A stretch of 53,914 nt of DNA. Source: Betaproteobacteria bacterium RBG_16_66_20. Lineage in GTDB: Bacteria; Pseudomonadota; Gammaproteobacteria; Burkholderiales; SG8-39. Each line of letters begins with the position of its first letter. Within the stretch, counting starts at the first letter, position 1. The DNA lies in contig MEQQ01000084.1 of NCBI GenBank assembly GCA_001770285.1, positions 1-53,914 of the forward strand. Reading direction: 5' to 3'. The notes below the pieces were generated by a model. It was given only the letters and a program-made list of their open reading frames with translations, searched no databases and had not been told where the DNA came from. This document shows, piece after piece, positions 34,340 through 44,480 of the stretch. Made by a program: the position numbers and the translations under genes.

Positions 34340-35569
34340 TCAGGGTTTGCGCAGCGCTCGTTGCAGCTTCCAGGTCGCGACCGGCCCGAGCAAGCCGCCC
34401 AGGCCCAGTGTCGCCCAGGCCACGCCCCACGCAAAGGCGTCCCCCGAAGTCCTCCCGCCTCCCGCCAGGTCGAGCGCCCAGCCGAACACCACGGGGCTGA
34501 TCACGCCGGTGCCGAAGCCGACCACGGAGCGTACTGCGTAGGCCGCGCCGAGGATATGCGGCGGCACGCTCTCGGCGATCACCGTCGAATGCACCGACGA
34601 GTCGGCGATCGCGGAGAAATTGTGCAGGCAGGCGATGGCGACCAGGAGCGCCACGGGCAGTGCGATCAGCCAGCCGATGGAAAAGGACAGCGCCAGGCTC
34701 ACGCAGGACCAAAGCAGGATCGCCTGCGTGCGGCCCCAGCGGTCGGCCATGCTGCCCCCGATGATCGAGCCGGCGATGTTGGCGATATAGGTGAGCGCTG
34801 TAAACAGAAGAGCATATTCGGGAGAACTTCCATTCAGGAGCAGCGCCGCCGTCAGGAACGCGGGTAACCAGGCCCAGAGCCCGAGCAGTTCCCAACTGTG
34901 GAAGGTGTACCCCCACACCGATAGCATCCCCTTGCGGTTGGCGAGCACTGCCGGAATCGAAGCCAGCACGGTATGGCCTTCGGGCCGCGGATGCACGGTG
35001 TTCGGGGTCGCGCGCATCGCCCCGAGCGCAATGAGCCAGGACAGTGCCGGCATCACCGCCACAACGGCGAGCGCCGTGCGCCAGCCGGCGGACGTGAGGA
35101 CCAGCCCGGCGACGCCGAGCGCCAGGGCGTAGCCGGCGCTCGACGCGGCGATCATCAGGCCCATGGCGCGCCCGCGCCGCCGGCGCTCGACGTGCTCGTT
35201 CACCATGGCGAGCACCGGCGTGTAGTACCCGCCCTGCGTGAGGCCGGTCAGCGCGTGCAACCAGAGCGCCGACCAGAACCCGTCCACCAGCAGCACGAAG
35301 GCAATCGGGCTGAGAAAGCCGGCGACGCCGGTAACGAGGAACGCGCGCTTCGCGCCGAAGTGGTCGGCGAGGAAACCGACCATGAAGAGGGAAGCGAGAT
35401 AGCCGAGGTGGAACGCGCCCTGGACCATGCCGGCATCGCGCGCCGACATGCCCCAGTCCTCGCGCACCAACGGCAGCACCGCCGAATAGGCGACGAACCA
35501 GGTCGCGGAGAGCACGCGGCTCGAGCACAGCGCCGCGAGCCAGGCGCCGGATCCCGGTGCAAAACTCAC
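34340..35569 (-). CDS. MFS transporter
   Basis: The start is moved to the GTG at 35569, which overlaps the upstream stop as GTGA. The 409-aa product has ~12 TM helices and G.LADHFGAKRAF (an MFS motif A-like loop). Confidence 0.8.
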   Translation of the reverse strand: MSFAPGSGAWLAALCSSRVLSATWFVAYSAVLPLVREDWGMSARDAGMVQGAFHLGYLASLFMVGFLADHFGAKRAFLVTGVAGFLSPIAFVLLVDGFWSALWLHALTGLTQGGYYTPVLAMVNEHVERRRRGRAMGLMIAASSAGYALALGVAGLVLTSAGWRTALAVVAVMPALSWLIALGAMRATPNTVHPRPEGHTVLASIPAVLANRKGMLSVWGYTFHSWELLGLWAWLPAFLTAALLLNGSSPEYALLFTALTYIANIAGSIIGGSMADRWGRTQAILLWSCVSLALSFSIGWLIALPVALLVAIACLHNFSAIADSSVHSTVIAESVPPHILGAAYAVRSVVGFGTGVISPVVFGWALDLAGGGRTSGDAFAWGVAWATLGLGGLLGPVATWKLQRALRKP

Positions 35570-36651
35570 GCCGCCGCGCTCAGCCGGACCGGGATGCGCC
35601 TGGAACCGAAGGGCTTGCCGAACTTCTGGTAGCGGCCCGCGAGCCGCGCGCCGCAATGCATGCAGGCACCGGCGTCGCTCAGGCGGTAGCTGTGGATCTC
35701 ATACCAGTCGCGCACGATCACCGCGTTCTCGCAGGAAGCGCAGTAGGTCGAGCCGCCCTCCTCGTCGTGCACGTTGCCGGTGTACACGTAGCGCAATCCC
35801 GCGCGCCGCGCGATTCTGCGCGCCCGGGTGAGCGTCTGCGGCGGCGTCGGCGGGATGTCGCGCATCTTCCAGTCCGGGTGGAAGGCGCTGAAATGCAGCG
35901 GCACGTCCGGCCCGAGATGCTGCATGATCCACTTGCACTCGGCCTCGATTTCGGCGTCGGAGTCGTTCTTGCCCGGGATCAGCAGCGTGGTGATCTCGGT
36001 CCAGACCCCGGTTTCCCTGACCAGGTACTCGAGCGTGTCGAGCACCGGCTGCAGGTGCGCGCCGGTGAGCCTGAAGTAGAAATCCTCGGTGAACGCCTTG
36101 AGATCGACGTTCGCCGCGTCCATTTTCGCGTAGAACTCGCGCCGCGGCGCGGCGTGCATGTAGCCCGCGGTCACTGCGACCGTCTTGAGGTCGCGCGCGT
36201 GGCAGGCGTCCGCGATGTCCATCGCATATTCGGCGAAGATCACCGGATCGTTGTAGGTGAAGGCGACCGACCTGCAGCCGAGTTCCACCGCGGCCGCCGC
36301 GATCATGTCGGGCGTCGCCGCGTCCATCAGCCGGTCCATCTCCTTCGACTTCGAGATGTCCCAGTTCTGGCAGAACTTGCAGGCGAGATTGCAGCCGGCG
36401 GTGCCGAACGAAAGAATGCTGGTCCCGGGATAGAAGTGGTTGAGCGGCTTTTTTTCCACCGGGTCGACGCAGAAACCCGACGAGCGGCCGTAGGTGGTGA
36501 GCAGCATGCGGCCGCCTTCCATCTTGCGCACGAAGCACAGGCCGCGCTGGCCCTCGTGCAGCCTGCAGTCGCGCGGGCAAAGGTCGCACTGGATGCGGCC
36601 GTCGGGCAGCGCATGCCACCAGCGTCCGGGGTAGCTGGTTTCCGCGATCAC
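35566..36651 (-). CDS. amrS: AmmeMemoRadiSam system radical SAM enzyme
   Basis: The 361-aa product starts with GTG. It has an N-terminal Cys cluster (CDLCPRDCRL...GLCFVR) and then FGTAGCNLACKFCQNWDIS (CxxxCxxC). Its overall pattern is PFL-activase-like and it sits next to a Memo/AMMECR1 gene. Confidence 0.9.
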   Translation of the reverse strand: MIAETSYPGRWWHALPDGRIQCDLCPRDCRLHEGQRGLCFVRKMEGGRMLLTTYGRSSGFCVDPVEKKPLNHFYPGTSILSFGTAGCNLACKFCQNWDISKSKEMDRLMDAATPDMIAAAAVELGCRSVAFTYNDPVIFAEYAMDIADACHARDLKTVAVTAGYMHAAPRREFYAKMDAANVDLKAFTEDFYFRLTGAHLQPVLDTLEYLVRETGVWTEITTLLIPGKNDSDAEIEAECKWIMQHLGPDVPLHFSAFHPDWKMRDIPPTPPQTLTRARRIARRAGLRYVYTGNVHDEEGGSTYCASCENAVIVRDWYEIHSYRLSDAGACMHCGARLAGRYQKFGKPFGSRRIPVRLSAAA

Positions 36652-36652
36652 G

Positions 36653-38038
36653 TCAGCGCGCCGCGAAGTCGGCCTGTTTCCACTTCTTCACCCGGTAGCG
36701 CAATATCCTGCACCGGGCGATGCGGGTGTCGGCCGCGAGGCCCGCCTTTTTCTTCAATTCATCGAGAAACTGGCGCTTGTCGGAAATCATCTCCCAGACC
36801 TGCGGCAGATAGGTCGCGCGCCTGCCGTCGCATTCCAGGATCAGGCCGTCCTCGCCGACGCGGATCTCGGCCAGCAGCTGCGCCTCGTCGGCGAAGCGGA
36901 TCGGCTTCGGCGCCGAAAGCAGCGACACCTCGATGGCGCAGCGCGGCCACTCCTCGCGCGTCAGCTTCGGGAAGCGCGGGTCCTCGAACGCCGCCGCGCG
37001 CGCGTTCGAGGCGACGTCCTGGCCGAGCGGCCGAGCCGCCTGCAGGCTGCCCATGCATCCGCGCAGCTGCCCGTCCTTGGTCAGGGTGGCGAAGGTGGCG
37101 CCGGGTTGCAGCAGCCAGGGAAGATGGTTTCGTCTCACCGGCACCGAGCTCATGCCCAGGCCGTTAAGGATCGAACCCCTGGCAATCTCGATCAGCGTCC
37201 GGCCGGCTTCCTCTGCCGATACCCCGCTGCCCTGGTAGAGCGCAAATGCCGAATAGCCCACGACGCGCGCCTTGCCGCCCGCGGTATCGCCCGAGTTGCA
37301 GGCCGCGAGCAGCCGCAGCGACAGGTTCTTCGCCGCGGCCACGCGCAGGAAGCCGTTCAGTCCGGTCGCGCCGCAGGCCGCGTCGTGATCGATATCCGTG
37401 GCAAAGGCGAGGATGCGCTCGAGCGTCGCGCCATCGATGCGCTTCGCCTCGTCGTAGGCGTGGTAGTGCGACAGGTCGGTACTGATGACGATCAGCGTTT
37501 CCGGCCCGCCCCAGAGGCGTTCCAGCACCTGCGCCACCTCCTCGGTCGTGGCCGCCCCCGCCGCCAGCGGCACCAGGGCGAAATCGCCCAGCACCTTCTG
37601 CAGGAACGGCAGCTGCACTTCAAGGGAGTGTTCCTGCGCGTGCGCCGGGTCGCTACGCACCACCTGCGGCAGGTCCGCGAGCGAGCCCACCGCCTGCAGA
37701 TCGAGCGGGATGCTGCCGAGCGGCGTCTCGAAGAAATCCGCCGACGGCAAGGCCAGGCCCCGGCCCGCGACGTAGTGCGCCGGCCCAAGCAGCACCACGC
37801 GCTTGACGATGCCGCGCGCGCCCGCAAGCTCGTGGTAGGCGCGCGCCGCGACCGGCCCGGAATAGACATAACCGGCATGCGGAACGATCAGCGCCTTCGG
37901 AAAGCCGAATTTCGGCTCCAGGCTCTCTACGTCATCGAGCAGTTCGGCGACTTCCGCAGCGAGCTGGGCCGGGTTGCGGGGGTAGAACGCACCGGCGACC
38001 GCGGCAGGACGGACGTTTGCAGTCGGACTCACAGCCAC
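36653..38038 (-). CDS. Fused AmmeMemoRadiSam system protein B (Memo-like) and protein A (AMMECR1)
   Basis: The 461-aa product has an N-terminal half with PAAVAGAFYP...ALIVPHAGYVYSG...ISTDLSHY (Memo). The C-terminal half has GATFATLTKDGQLRGCMGS...AFEDPRFPKL...IEVSLL (AMMECR1). Confidence 0.9.
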   Translation of the reverse strand: MAVSPTANVRPAAVAGAFYPRNPAQLAAEVAELLDDVESLEPKFGFPKALIVPHAGYVYSGPVAARAYHELAGARGIVKRVVLLGPAHYVAGRGLALPSADFFETPLGSIPLDLQAVGSLADLPQVVRSDPAHAQEHSLEVQLPFLQKVLGDFALVPLAAGAATTEEVAQVLERLWGGPETLIVISTDLSHYHAYDEAKRIDGATLERILAFATDIDHDAACGATGLNGFLRVAAAKNLSLRLLAACNSGDTAGGKARVVGYSAFALYQGSGVSAEEAGRTLIEIARGSILNGLGMSSVPVRRNHLPWLLQPGATFATLTKDGQLRGCMGSLQAARPLGQDVASNARAAAFEDPRFPKLTREEWPRCAIEVSLLSAPKPIRFADEAQLLAEIRVGEDGLILECDGRRATYLPQVWEMISDKRQFLDELKKKAGLAADTRIARCRILRYRVKKWKQADFAAR

Positions 38039-38502
38039 TTCAGTATCCCCCGCAGTGCGTGGATCACGGATCGACGACGAACCCTGTTTCGACCACCCGC
38101 GAAGCGCTTGGTTTCACTTGCGATCTTACGCCCCTGCGCCCAGGCGAAGCACACCGTGCCGACCGGCTTCTCCGGCGAGCCGCCGCCCGGGCCGGCGATA
38201 CCGGTTACGGAAACCGCAATCGTGCCTCTGCCGCGCTTCAGTGCGCCGCGCGCCATCGCGCGCGCGGCCTGCTCGCTGACCGCGCCGTGGCGCTCCAGCG
38301 TGCGCCGGCTGACGCCGAGCTGTTGGCGCTTGGCGGCGTTCGAGTAGCTGACATAGCCGCGGTCGAACCAGTCCGAGGAGCCCGCCACCGAGGTGACTGC
38401 CTGCGCCACCCAGCCGCCGGTGCAGGATTCGGCGGTGACGAGCATCTGGCGTTTTTTCTTCAGCGCCTTTCCCGCTTTCCGGGAAAGAACTTGCAGATTC
38501 AT
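38029..38502 (-). CDS. pncC: Nicotinamide-nucleotide amidohydrolase (CinA C-terminal domain family)
   Basis: The start is moved to the ATG at 38502. The product reads ...MLVTAESCTGGWVAQAVTSVAGSSDWFDRGYVSYSNAAK...VSVTGIAGPGGG and is 157 aa. Confidence 0.85.
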   Translation of the reverse strand: MNLQVLSRKAGKALKKKRQMLVTAESCTGGWVAQAVTSVAGSSDWFDRGYVSYSNAAKRQQLGVSRRTLERHGAVSEQAARAMARGALKRGRGTIAVSVTGIAGPGGGSPEKPVGTVCFAWAQGRKIASETKRFAGGRNRVRRRSVIHALRGILKWL

Positions 38503-38987
38503 AGAAAAACCCGCTTCACGACCGCAAGAACCAATAGCGTATACCCGGCGGCAAGAATGTCGTCGGACATCACGCCGAAGCCGCCCTTGAAGCGCATCTC
38601 GAACTGCCGGATCGGCGGCGGCTTCACGACGTCGAAGGCGCGGAACAGGAAGAACGCCGCGGCCTGCCACCACGGGCCTTCGGGCGCGATCGCGAGCACC
38701 AGCAGAAAGGCGACGATCTCGTCCCAGCACATCGCGCCGTGGTCGGATACGCCGAGGTGCCGCCCGGTGAGTTCGCAGGCCCATACGCCGGCCGCGAACA
38801 GCAGCGCGAGCAAGCCGAACAGCACCACCGGTTCGTAGGCTGCGCCGATCAGCCACCAGATCGGGAACGCCGCCAGCGTGCCCGCGGTGCCGGGCGCGAA
38901 ACGCGACAAGCCGGCGCCGAAACCGAGCGCGATGAAATGCGCCGGGTGGCCGAAGGTGAACTTTGCCGTCGGCTGCGCGATTCTCAC
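38499..38987 (-). CDS. pgpA: Phosphatidylglycerophosphatase A
   Basis: HPAHFIALGFGAGLSRFAPGTAGTLAA...FRAFDVVKPPPI...GFGVMSDDILAG is the PgpA signature. Confidence 0.9.
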   Translation of the reverse strand: MRIAQPTAKFTFGHPAHFIALGFGAGLSRFAPGTAGTLAAFPIWWLIGAAYEPVVLFGLLALLFAAGVWACELTGRHLGVSDHGAMCWDEIVAFLLVLAIAPEGPWWQAAAFFLFRAFDVVKPPPIRQFEMRFKGGFGVMSDDILAAGYTLLVLAVVKRVFL

Positions 38988-39946
38988 GGCTGGAAATGAT
39001 CGAAGCCGTGAGCGACGGCCATCGGCCTGCCTTGCGAATCGAGCACCAGGAGCCTGGGTTCGCCGACCTGAATGCTGCCGACTCGGGACAGCGCAAGTTT
39101 CAGCTCGGACGACAACGCCGTCACCTCTGCGCGGGCTGCCTGCGGCGCGGTGAATACCAGTTCGTAGTCGTCGCCACCGGACAGCACAAGCCGGGATTGA
39201 AGCGCCTTATCCTGGATCCTTTTTACGTCGGCAGGCTGAGGAAGCCGTTCGTATTCAACGATTGCTCCGACAGCGGACCGTTCCAGAATATGGCCGAGGT
39301 CCTGCGCGAAGCCGTCGGAGACGTCGATGGCCGCACTGGCAATCCCCCTGAGCCGTTCGCCCAGCTCGACCCGCGGCTCGGGTTCATCCAGTCGTTTCAC
39401 CGCCGCGGCGAACTCCGGCTTCGCAAGGCCGAGCGCCGCGCCGCCGAGCTCCCCCGACACCCAGATGTCGTCGCCGGGCCCCGCGCCGGCGCGAAACAGC
39501 GCGAGCCCCGCGGGCACTTCGCCCAGGATGGTGACGCAGAGCGAGAGCGGCCCGCGGGTGGTGTCGCCGCCGACGAGCTCGACGCCGAAGCGCTCCGCGA
39601 GCGCGAAAAATCCCTTGGAGAACTGGTCGAGCCACGCCTCGTCCGCCGCCGGCAGGGAGATCGCGAGCGTCGCCCAGCGCGGCGCAGCGCCCATCGCCGC
39701 CATGTCGGAAAGATTGACCGCGAGCACCTTGTGGCCCAGCTTGCGTGGATCGGCGCCGGCGCGGAAATGCCGGCCCTCGAGCAGCAGGTCGGTGGATACG
39801 GCGAGCTCCATGCCCGCGCTCGGCCGCAGCAGCGCGGCATCGTCGCCGATGCCGAGCGCGACGCCGCGCGCGGAACGCTCGCCGGGCCGCGCCTGGCGCG
39901 GCGCGCGCTCGAAATATTTCCTGATCAACTCGAATTCGGAAAGCAC
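38984..39946 (-). CDS. thiL: Thiamine-monophosphate kinase
   Basis: MLSEFELIRKYF...GIGDDAALL...AVNLSDMAAMGA...GGDTT is typical of ThiL. Confidence 0.9.
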   Translation of the reverse strand: MLSEFELIRKYFERAPRQARPGERSARGVALGIGDDAALLRPSAGMELAVSTDLLLEGRHFRAGADPRKLGHKVLAVNLSDMAAMGAAPRWATLAISLPAADEAWLDQFSKGFFALAERFGVELVGGDTTRGPLSLCVTILGEVPAGLALFRAGAGPGDDIWVSGELGGAALGLAKPEFAAAVKRLDEPEPRVELGERLRGIASAAIDVSDGFAQDLGHILERSAVGAIVEYERLPQPADVKRIQDKALQSRLVLSGGDDYELVFTAPQAARAEVTALSSELKLALSRVGSIQVGEPRLLVLDSQGRPMAVAHGFDHFQP

Positions 39947-39950
39947 GCGG

Positions 39951-40412
39951 CTAGACCGCCTGCCGGACCCGGGCGATTTCCTCGGCGCGCAGCTCGCGCG
40001 CCAGCTTCTCCAGCACGCCGTTGACGAACTTGTGGCCGTCCGTGCCGCCGAAGCTCTTGCCGAGTTCGATCGCCTCGTTCAGCACCACCTTGAACGGCGT
40101 TTCCGGCCGCGCTGCGAGTTCGTAGGTGCCGATCAGCAGGATCACGCGCTCGACCGGCGACAGCGAGGCGAGGCTGCGGTCCAGGTGCGGCGTGATGCTT
40201 TTTTCAAGAAAGTCATTTGTCCTGACAACTTCTGCAATAAGTTCGGCCGCGAATTTCTGATCGCAGCGCGCGTAGCCTTCGAGCGTCTGCGCGTGCGCGA
40301 GCGCATCGCCGCCCGCGAGCTTCCAGGCGTAGAGCGCCTGCAGCGCGATCTCCCGCGCGCGGCGCCTGGCCGAGGTCCGGGCGGGCTTCGGCGCCTGCCC
40401 TTTCATCGCCAT
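39951..40412 (-). CDS. nusB: Transcription antitermination factor NusB
   Basis: [16 protein letters not shown]...[13 protein letters not shown]...[14 protein letters not shown]. Confidence 0.9.
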   Translation of the reverse strand: MAMKGQAPKPARTSARRRAREIALQALYAWKLAGGDALAHAQTLEGYARCDQKFAAELIAEVVRTNDFLEKSITPHLDRSLASLSPVERVILLIGTYELAARPETPFKVVLNEAIELGKSFGGTDGHKFVNGVLEKLARELRAEEIARVRQAV

Positions 40413-40837
40413 CGGTCCGCCAGCTCCCGGCGCAGGCGCGCCATCTCGAGCGCGACGCGCACCGCTTCGGCGCCTTTTTCGCTGCGCTCGAGCGCCTGCT
40501 CTTCGGTATCGGTGGTGAGGATGCCGTTGGCCACCGGCAGGCCGGTTTCGAGCGCGACGTCCATGATGCCGCGCGCCGACTCGTTGGCGACCACTTCGAA
40601 ATGGTAGCTATCGCCGCGGATCACGGCGCCGATCGCGGCGAACGCGTCGAAGCGCCCCGACTGCGCCATCCACTGCAGCGCGAGCGGGATCTCGAGCGCG
40701 CCGGCGACCGACACGAACTCCGCCTCGGCGCCGGCCCGCGCCAGTTCCGCGCGCGCCGAGGCGAGCAGCTCCTGGCAGATCGCTTCGTTGAAGCGGGAAT
40801 GAACCACGCCGATACGCAATACACGTGACGGGTTCAT
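40403..40837 (-). CDS. ribH: 6,7-dimethyl-8-ribityllumazine synthase
   Basis: [18 protein letters not shown]...[10 protein letters not shown]...[19 protein letters not shown]...[14 protein letters not shown]. At 144 aa it is slightly shorter than typical. Confidence 0.85.
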   Translation of the reverse strand: MNPSRVLRIGVVHSRFNEAICQELLASARAELARAGAEAEFVSVAGALEIPLALQWMAQSGRFDAFAAIGAVIRGDSYHFEVVANESARGIMDVALETGLPVANGILTTDTEEQALERSEKGAEAVRVALEMARLRRELADRWR

Positions 40838-40861
40838 TGCCGCTGGTTCATCGCCGACAAC

Positions 40862-41974
40862 TCACTTCACATCTCGTTCGGCGTAACCGGTGACCTCGAG
40901 GCCGAAGCCGGCCATGCTCGGCATCTTGCGCGGCGTCGCCATCAGCCGCATCTTGCCGACGCCCAGGTCGCGCAGGATCTGCGCGCCGATGCCGTAGGTG
41001 CGCAGGTCCATGCTGCGCCCCTGGCGCGCCGGGCGGCCGCCGGCAAGCTGCGCCTGCAGCGCCTCGTCGCTCTGCGAGCAGTTGAGGAACACCATCACGC
41101 CGGCGCCGGTGCGCCGAATTTCGGCGAGCGTCTCGCCCACGCCCCAGGAATGGCTGCCCCTGCCGGCGTCGAGCAGGTCGAGGACCGAAAGCGGCTCGTG
41201 GACGCGCACCAGCGTTTCATCCTTGGAATTCAAGTTCCCGAGAACCAGGGCAAGATGCGTCGAGCCGAGCGGCCGGTCGCGATAGGCGACCAGGCGGAAG
41301 CGGCCCCAGGCGGTCTCGATGTCGCGCTCGGAACTGCGCTGGACCATCGATTCGTTGCGGCTGCGGTATTCGATCAGGTCGGCGATGGTGCCGATCTTGA
41401 GCTTGTGCCCGGCCGCAAACTCTATCAGGTCGGGCAGGCGCGCCATGGTGCCGTCCTCGCGCATGATCTCGCAAAGCACCGCCGCGGGAGTGAGGCCCGC
41501 AAGGCGCGCGAGATCGCAGCAGGCTTCGGTATGCCCGGCGCGCACCAGCACGCCACCGTCCTGGGCGACCAGCGGGAAAACGTGCCCCGGCTGGACAATG
41601 TCAGACGCGGTGGCACCGGCTGCCGACGCCACGCGGATGGTAAGCGCGCGGTCATGGGCCGAAATTCCGGTCGCGATGCCCTCGGCGGCCTCGATCGAGG
41701 CCGTGAAATTGGTGCCGTGGCGCGAGCGGTTCTCGCTCACCATCGGCCTGAGGCCCAGCCGCTCCGCCTGCGCGCCGGTGAGCGGCATGCAGATCAGGCC
41801 GCGGCCGTGGGTGGCGAGGAAATTGACCTTTTCGGGGGTGACGAAGTCGGCCGCGAACACGAGGTCGCCTTCGTTCTCGCGGTCCTCGTCGTCGACCAGC
41901 ACCACGATCCGGCCGGCGCGGATCTCGTCGATGATTTCGGCGGTCGGGCTGATGGCGGTGTGTTCGCGGCGCAT
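40862..41974 (-). CDS. ribBA: Bifunctional 3,4-dihydroxy-2-butanone-4-phosphate synthase / GTP cyclohydrolase II-like protein
   Basis: VVLVDDEDRENEGDLVFAA...GRGLICMPL...RAGHTEA is the DHBP synthase half. A C-terminal GCH-II-like half follows. Confidence 0.9.
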   Translation of the reverse strand: MRREHTAISPTAEIIDEIRAGRIVVLVDDEDRENEGDLVFAADFVTPEKVNFLATHGRGLICMPLTGAQAERLGLRPMVSENRSRHGTNFTASIEAAEGIATGISAHDRALTIRVASAAGATASDIVQPGHVFPLVAQDGGVLVRAGHTEACCDLARLAGLTPAAVLCEIMREDGTMARLPDLIEFAAGHKLKIGTIADLIEYRSRNESMVQRSSERDIETAWGRFRLVAYRDRPLGSTHLALVLGNLNSKDETLVRVHEPLSVLDLLDAGRGSHSWGVGETLAEIRRTGAGVMVFLNCSQSDEALQAQLAGGRPARQGRSMDLRTYGIGAQILRDLGVGKMRLMATPRKMPSMAGFGLEVTGYAERDVK

Positions 41975-42004
41975 GGACGGATTATATGCCCGCGCCGCCG
42001 GGAC

Positions 42005-42394
42005 TTACTCCTTGGCTTCGGCCTCGACCGCCTCGACGCGCTCGCCGATTTTCTCGCGGATGCGCGCGCCCTTGCCCGAGCGCCCGCGCAGGTAGTAGAG
42101 CTTGGAGCGGCGCACTTCGCCCTTGCGCTTGACCTCGATCCCCGCGATCAGCGGCGAGTAGGTCTGGAAGGTGCGCTCGACGCCCTCGCCCGAGGAGATC
42201 TTGCGCACGATGAACGCGGAGCGCAGGCCCCGGTTGCGCTTCGCGATCACCACGCCTTCGAACGCCTGCTCGCGTTTCTTGTCGCCCTCGACCACGTTCA
42301 CGCGCACCACGACGGTGTCGCCCGGCGAGAACTCGGGGATGCTCTTCTTCATGCGCAGGATTTCTTCCTGCTCGAGTTTCTGGATCAGGTTCAT
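42005..42394 (-). CDS. rplS: 50S ribosomal protein L19
   Basis: [11 protein letters not shown]...[36 protein letters not shown]... Confidence 0.95.
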   Translation of the reverse strand: MNLIQKLEQEEILRMKKSIPEFSPGDTVVVRVNVVEGDKKREQAFEGVVIAKRNRGLRSAFIVRKISSGEGVERTFQTYSPLIAGIEVKRKGEVRRSKLYYLRGRSGKGARIREKIGERVEAVEAEAKE

Positions 42395-43137
42395 TTTCCG
42401 CTATCTCCACTTTCGCGCCGGAATTCTTCCAGCAACTTTCTTTCGTCTTCGCTCAGCTTCCTCGCCGCCAGGAGGTCGGGCCTCCTCAGCCACGTTCGTG
42501 CCAGCGCCTGCTTCAACCGCCAGCGCCGTATGTTCTCGTGATGCCCGGACAACAGCACTTCGGGCACCTTCGCGCCCTCATACACTTCCGGGCGCGTGTA
42601 CTGCGGACAGTCGAGCAGCCCGTCCACGAAAGACTCCTCGGCCGCCGACTGACCGCCGCCGAGCGCGCCCGGAATCTGGCGCACCACCGCGTCGATCACC
42701 GTCATCGCGGCGAGCTCTCCGCCCGAGAGCACGTAGTCCCCGATCGAGAGCTCCTCGTCCACCCGCCGCTCGATCAGGCGCTCGTCGATGCCCTCGTACC
42801 GCCCGCACAGAAGCGTCGCCGCCTTCCCGCCCGCCAGCTCGATCACCTTTTCGTGATCGAGCTTCCTGCCCTGCGGCGAGAGGTAAATTACCTTGCCGCC
42901 CCCCGCTTCCCTCACGGCATCCAGCGCCTTCTCCAGCGGCTCGGCCAGCATCACCATGCCGGGCCCGCCGCCGTACGGCCGGTCATCGACCGTCCGGTAG
43001 TTGTCGCTGGTGAAATCGCGCGGGTTCCACAACCCGATCGACCATAAACCCGCCCCCAGCGCCCGCCCGCTGATGCCGCTGTGCGTCACCGCCGCGAACA
43101 TCTCCGGGAACAGGGTCACCACGTCGAAGCGGATCAC
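42391..43137 (-). CDS. trmD: tRNA (guanine37-N1)-methyltransferase
   Basis: [14 protein letters not shown]...[13 protein letters not shown]...[11 protein letters not shown]...[11 protein letters not shown]. Confidence 0.95.
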   Translation of the reverse strand: MIRFDVVTLFPEMFAAVTHSGISGRALGAGLWSIGLWNPRDFTSDNYRTVDDRPYGGGPGMVMLAEPLEKALDAVREAGGGKVIYLSPQGRKLDHEKVIELAGGKAATLLCGRYEGIDERLIERRVDEELSIGDYVLSGGELAAMTVIDAVVRQIPGALGGGQSAAEESFVDGLLDCPQYTRPEVYEGAKVPEVLLSGHHENIRRWRLKQALARTWLRRPDLLAARKLSEDERKLLEEFRRESGDSGK

Positions 43138-43147
43138 GGGTTTCCCC

Positions 43148-43669
43148 TCACCAGTCCGCTCCCCAGTCCACCTCGATCCGCCTTTCGGGCAGGTCGACCT
43201 TCTTCACCACCACCGGGACCCAGGGAAGCAGCCTGGGCTTCTCGCCCGAGAGCTCCATCACGTCGTGCGCGCCGTTGGAGAACATCCCCTTCACGACGCC
43301 GAGCACCATGCCCTGCGAATTCACCACTTCCAGGCCGACCAGGTCGTCCCAGTAGTACCGTCCTTCCCCCGCGTCAGGCCGCGGTATCGAAACCGCCTTG
43401 CCCTTGTACTTGCGCGCCAGCTCCGGGGTATCGATGCCGCCCAGCTTCGCCAGCAGCGTTCCTGAGTGGACCTTGGCTTCCTCGACCTTGCGTGCCTCGC
43501 CGCTGATCCACCAGACCGGCTGCGCGGCGAGCACTTCGGGCTCATCCACCACCACCTTCAGCCAGCCGCGCACCCCGTACGCACCGGCGACGCGGCCGAA
43601 CTCGATCAGTCCCTGAGGAAGGCTTCTGCCTTCCGCATCCTTGCTATGCTGCTTTTTTGATCTTGCCAA
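43148..43669 (-). CDS. rimM: Ribosome maturation factor RimM; start uncertain
   Basis: [19 protein letters not shown]...[11 protein letters not shown]... is typical of RimM. No ATG follows the rpsP stop. A TTG at 43669 overlaps the rpsP end by 26 nt and gives an N-terminus of normal length. Confidence 0.85.
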   Translation of the reverse strand: MARSKKQHSKDAEGRSLPQGLIEFGRVAGAYGVRGWLKVVVDEPEVLAAQPVWWISGEARKVEEAKVHSGTLLAKLGGIDTPELARKYKGKAVSIPRPDAGEGRYYWDDLVGLEVVNSQGMVLGVVKGMFSNGAHDVMELSGEKPRLLPWVPVVVKKVDLPERRIEVDWGADW

Positions 43670-43901
43670 ACTGCTTGACCAGCCGCAGCACGGTCGAGGA
43701 GAGCTGTGCGCCCTTGCCTTTCCAGTGCTTGATGCGCTCGACATCGACGCGCAGCGACTCGCGCCCCGCGGGCGCCTTCGGATCGTAAAAGCCCACGCTC
43801 TCGATGAAGCGGCCGGTGGCCGCACGGCGCGAATCGGCCACTACCAGGTGGTAGAAAGGCCGCTTGTTGGCGCCGCCTCGCGCCAGTCGAATGACTACCA
43901 T
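43644..43901 (-). CDS. rpsP: 30S ribosomal protein S16
   Basis: [41 protein letters not shown]... Confidence 0.95.
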   Translation of the reverse strand: MVVIRLARGGANKRPFYHLVVADSRRAATGRFIESVGFYDPKAPAGRESLRVDVERIKHWKGKGAQLSSTVLRLVKQFGKIKKAA

Positions 43902-43982
43902 TTAGAGAACCTCTGCACCACGAAAGGGAGCGGATTATACGCATGAAATCCGGCTTGCGGGGACCTTAAAGCAAAGTGAACA

Positions 43983-44480
43983 ATGTTACAATATTACATG
44001 CCGACCATTCGCGTGGATCAGGACGTCTTTGAAGGCCTGCAGCAACTAGCCAAACCCTTTGTCGATTCGCCGAGCATGGTGATCCGCCGCCTGCTCGAAG
44101 ACCGCGGCGTGCTGGCGAAGGGAATGCAACCAGCGCGGCAGAAATCCCGCGCCGAAAGTTCAGCGACTACGCTGACGCCGCAACCGGTCTATGAGAAATA
44201 TCTTCTGTACGTCCTTGCACGGGAATTCAACGGCCAGGGCCACAAGCGCGACGTGACCCACGCCATCGTAAAGCGAATGATGAAGGACGGTTTTATCGGC
44301 GCAGCGGACCAGGAACTGGTCAGCACGGGCGAAACCAAAGCGGAGAACACCATCACCTGGGCGCGCAACGCGCTCAAGCAGCGCGGCTACATCAACCGGG
44401 CTGCCCGCCGGGGAATTTGGGAATTGACTCCAGAGGGAAAGAGCGCGGCAAGCAAGGTCGTACTTCCAAAATCAGACTAG
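43983..44480 (+). CDS. Stand-alone winged-helix protein resembling the Mrr N-terminal DNA-binding domain
   Basis: The 165-aa product has a C-terminal half TKAENTITWARNALKQRGYINRAARRGIWELTPEG, matching the Mrr_N-type pattern (...W.N.VRWA...L...GL......RG.W.LT..G). No nuclease domain follows. By eye its GC is lower than the flanks (~55%). The alternative ATG at 43998 is possible. Confidence 0.6.
   Translation: MLQYYMPTIRVDQDVFEGLQQLAKPFVDSPSMVIRRLLEDRGVLAKGMQPARQKSRAESSATTLTPQPVYEKYLLYVLAREFNGQGHKRDVTHAIVKRMMKDGFIGAADQELVSTGETKAENTITWARNALKQRGYINRAARRGIWELTPEGKSAASKVVLPKSD

Noticed and set aside
41975-42004. FMN (RFN) riboswitch upstream of ribBA
   Set aside because: Only 30 nt separate the rplS stop from the ribBA start. 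This is too short for an RFN element, and no conserved RFN core is seen.
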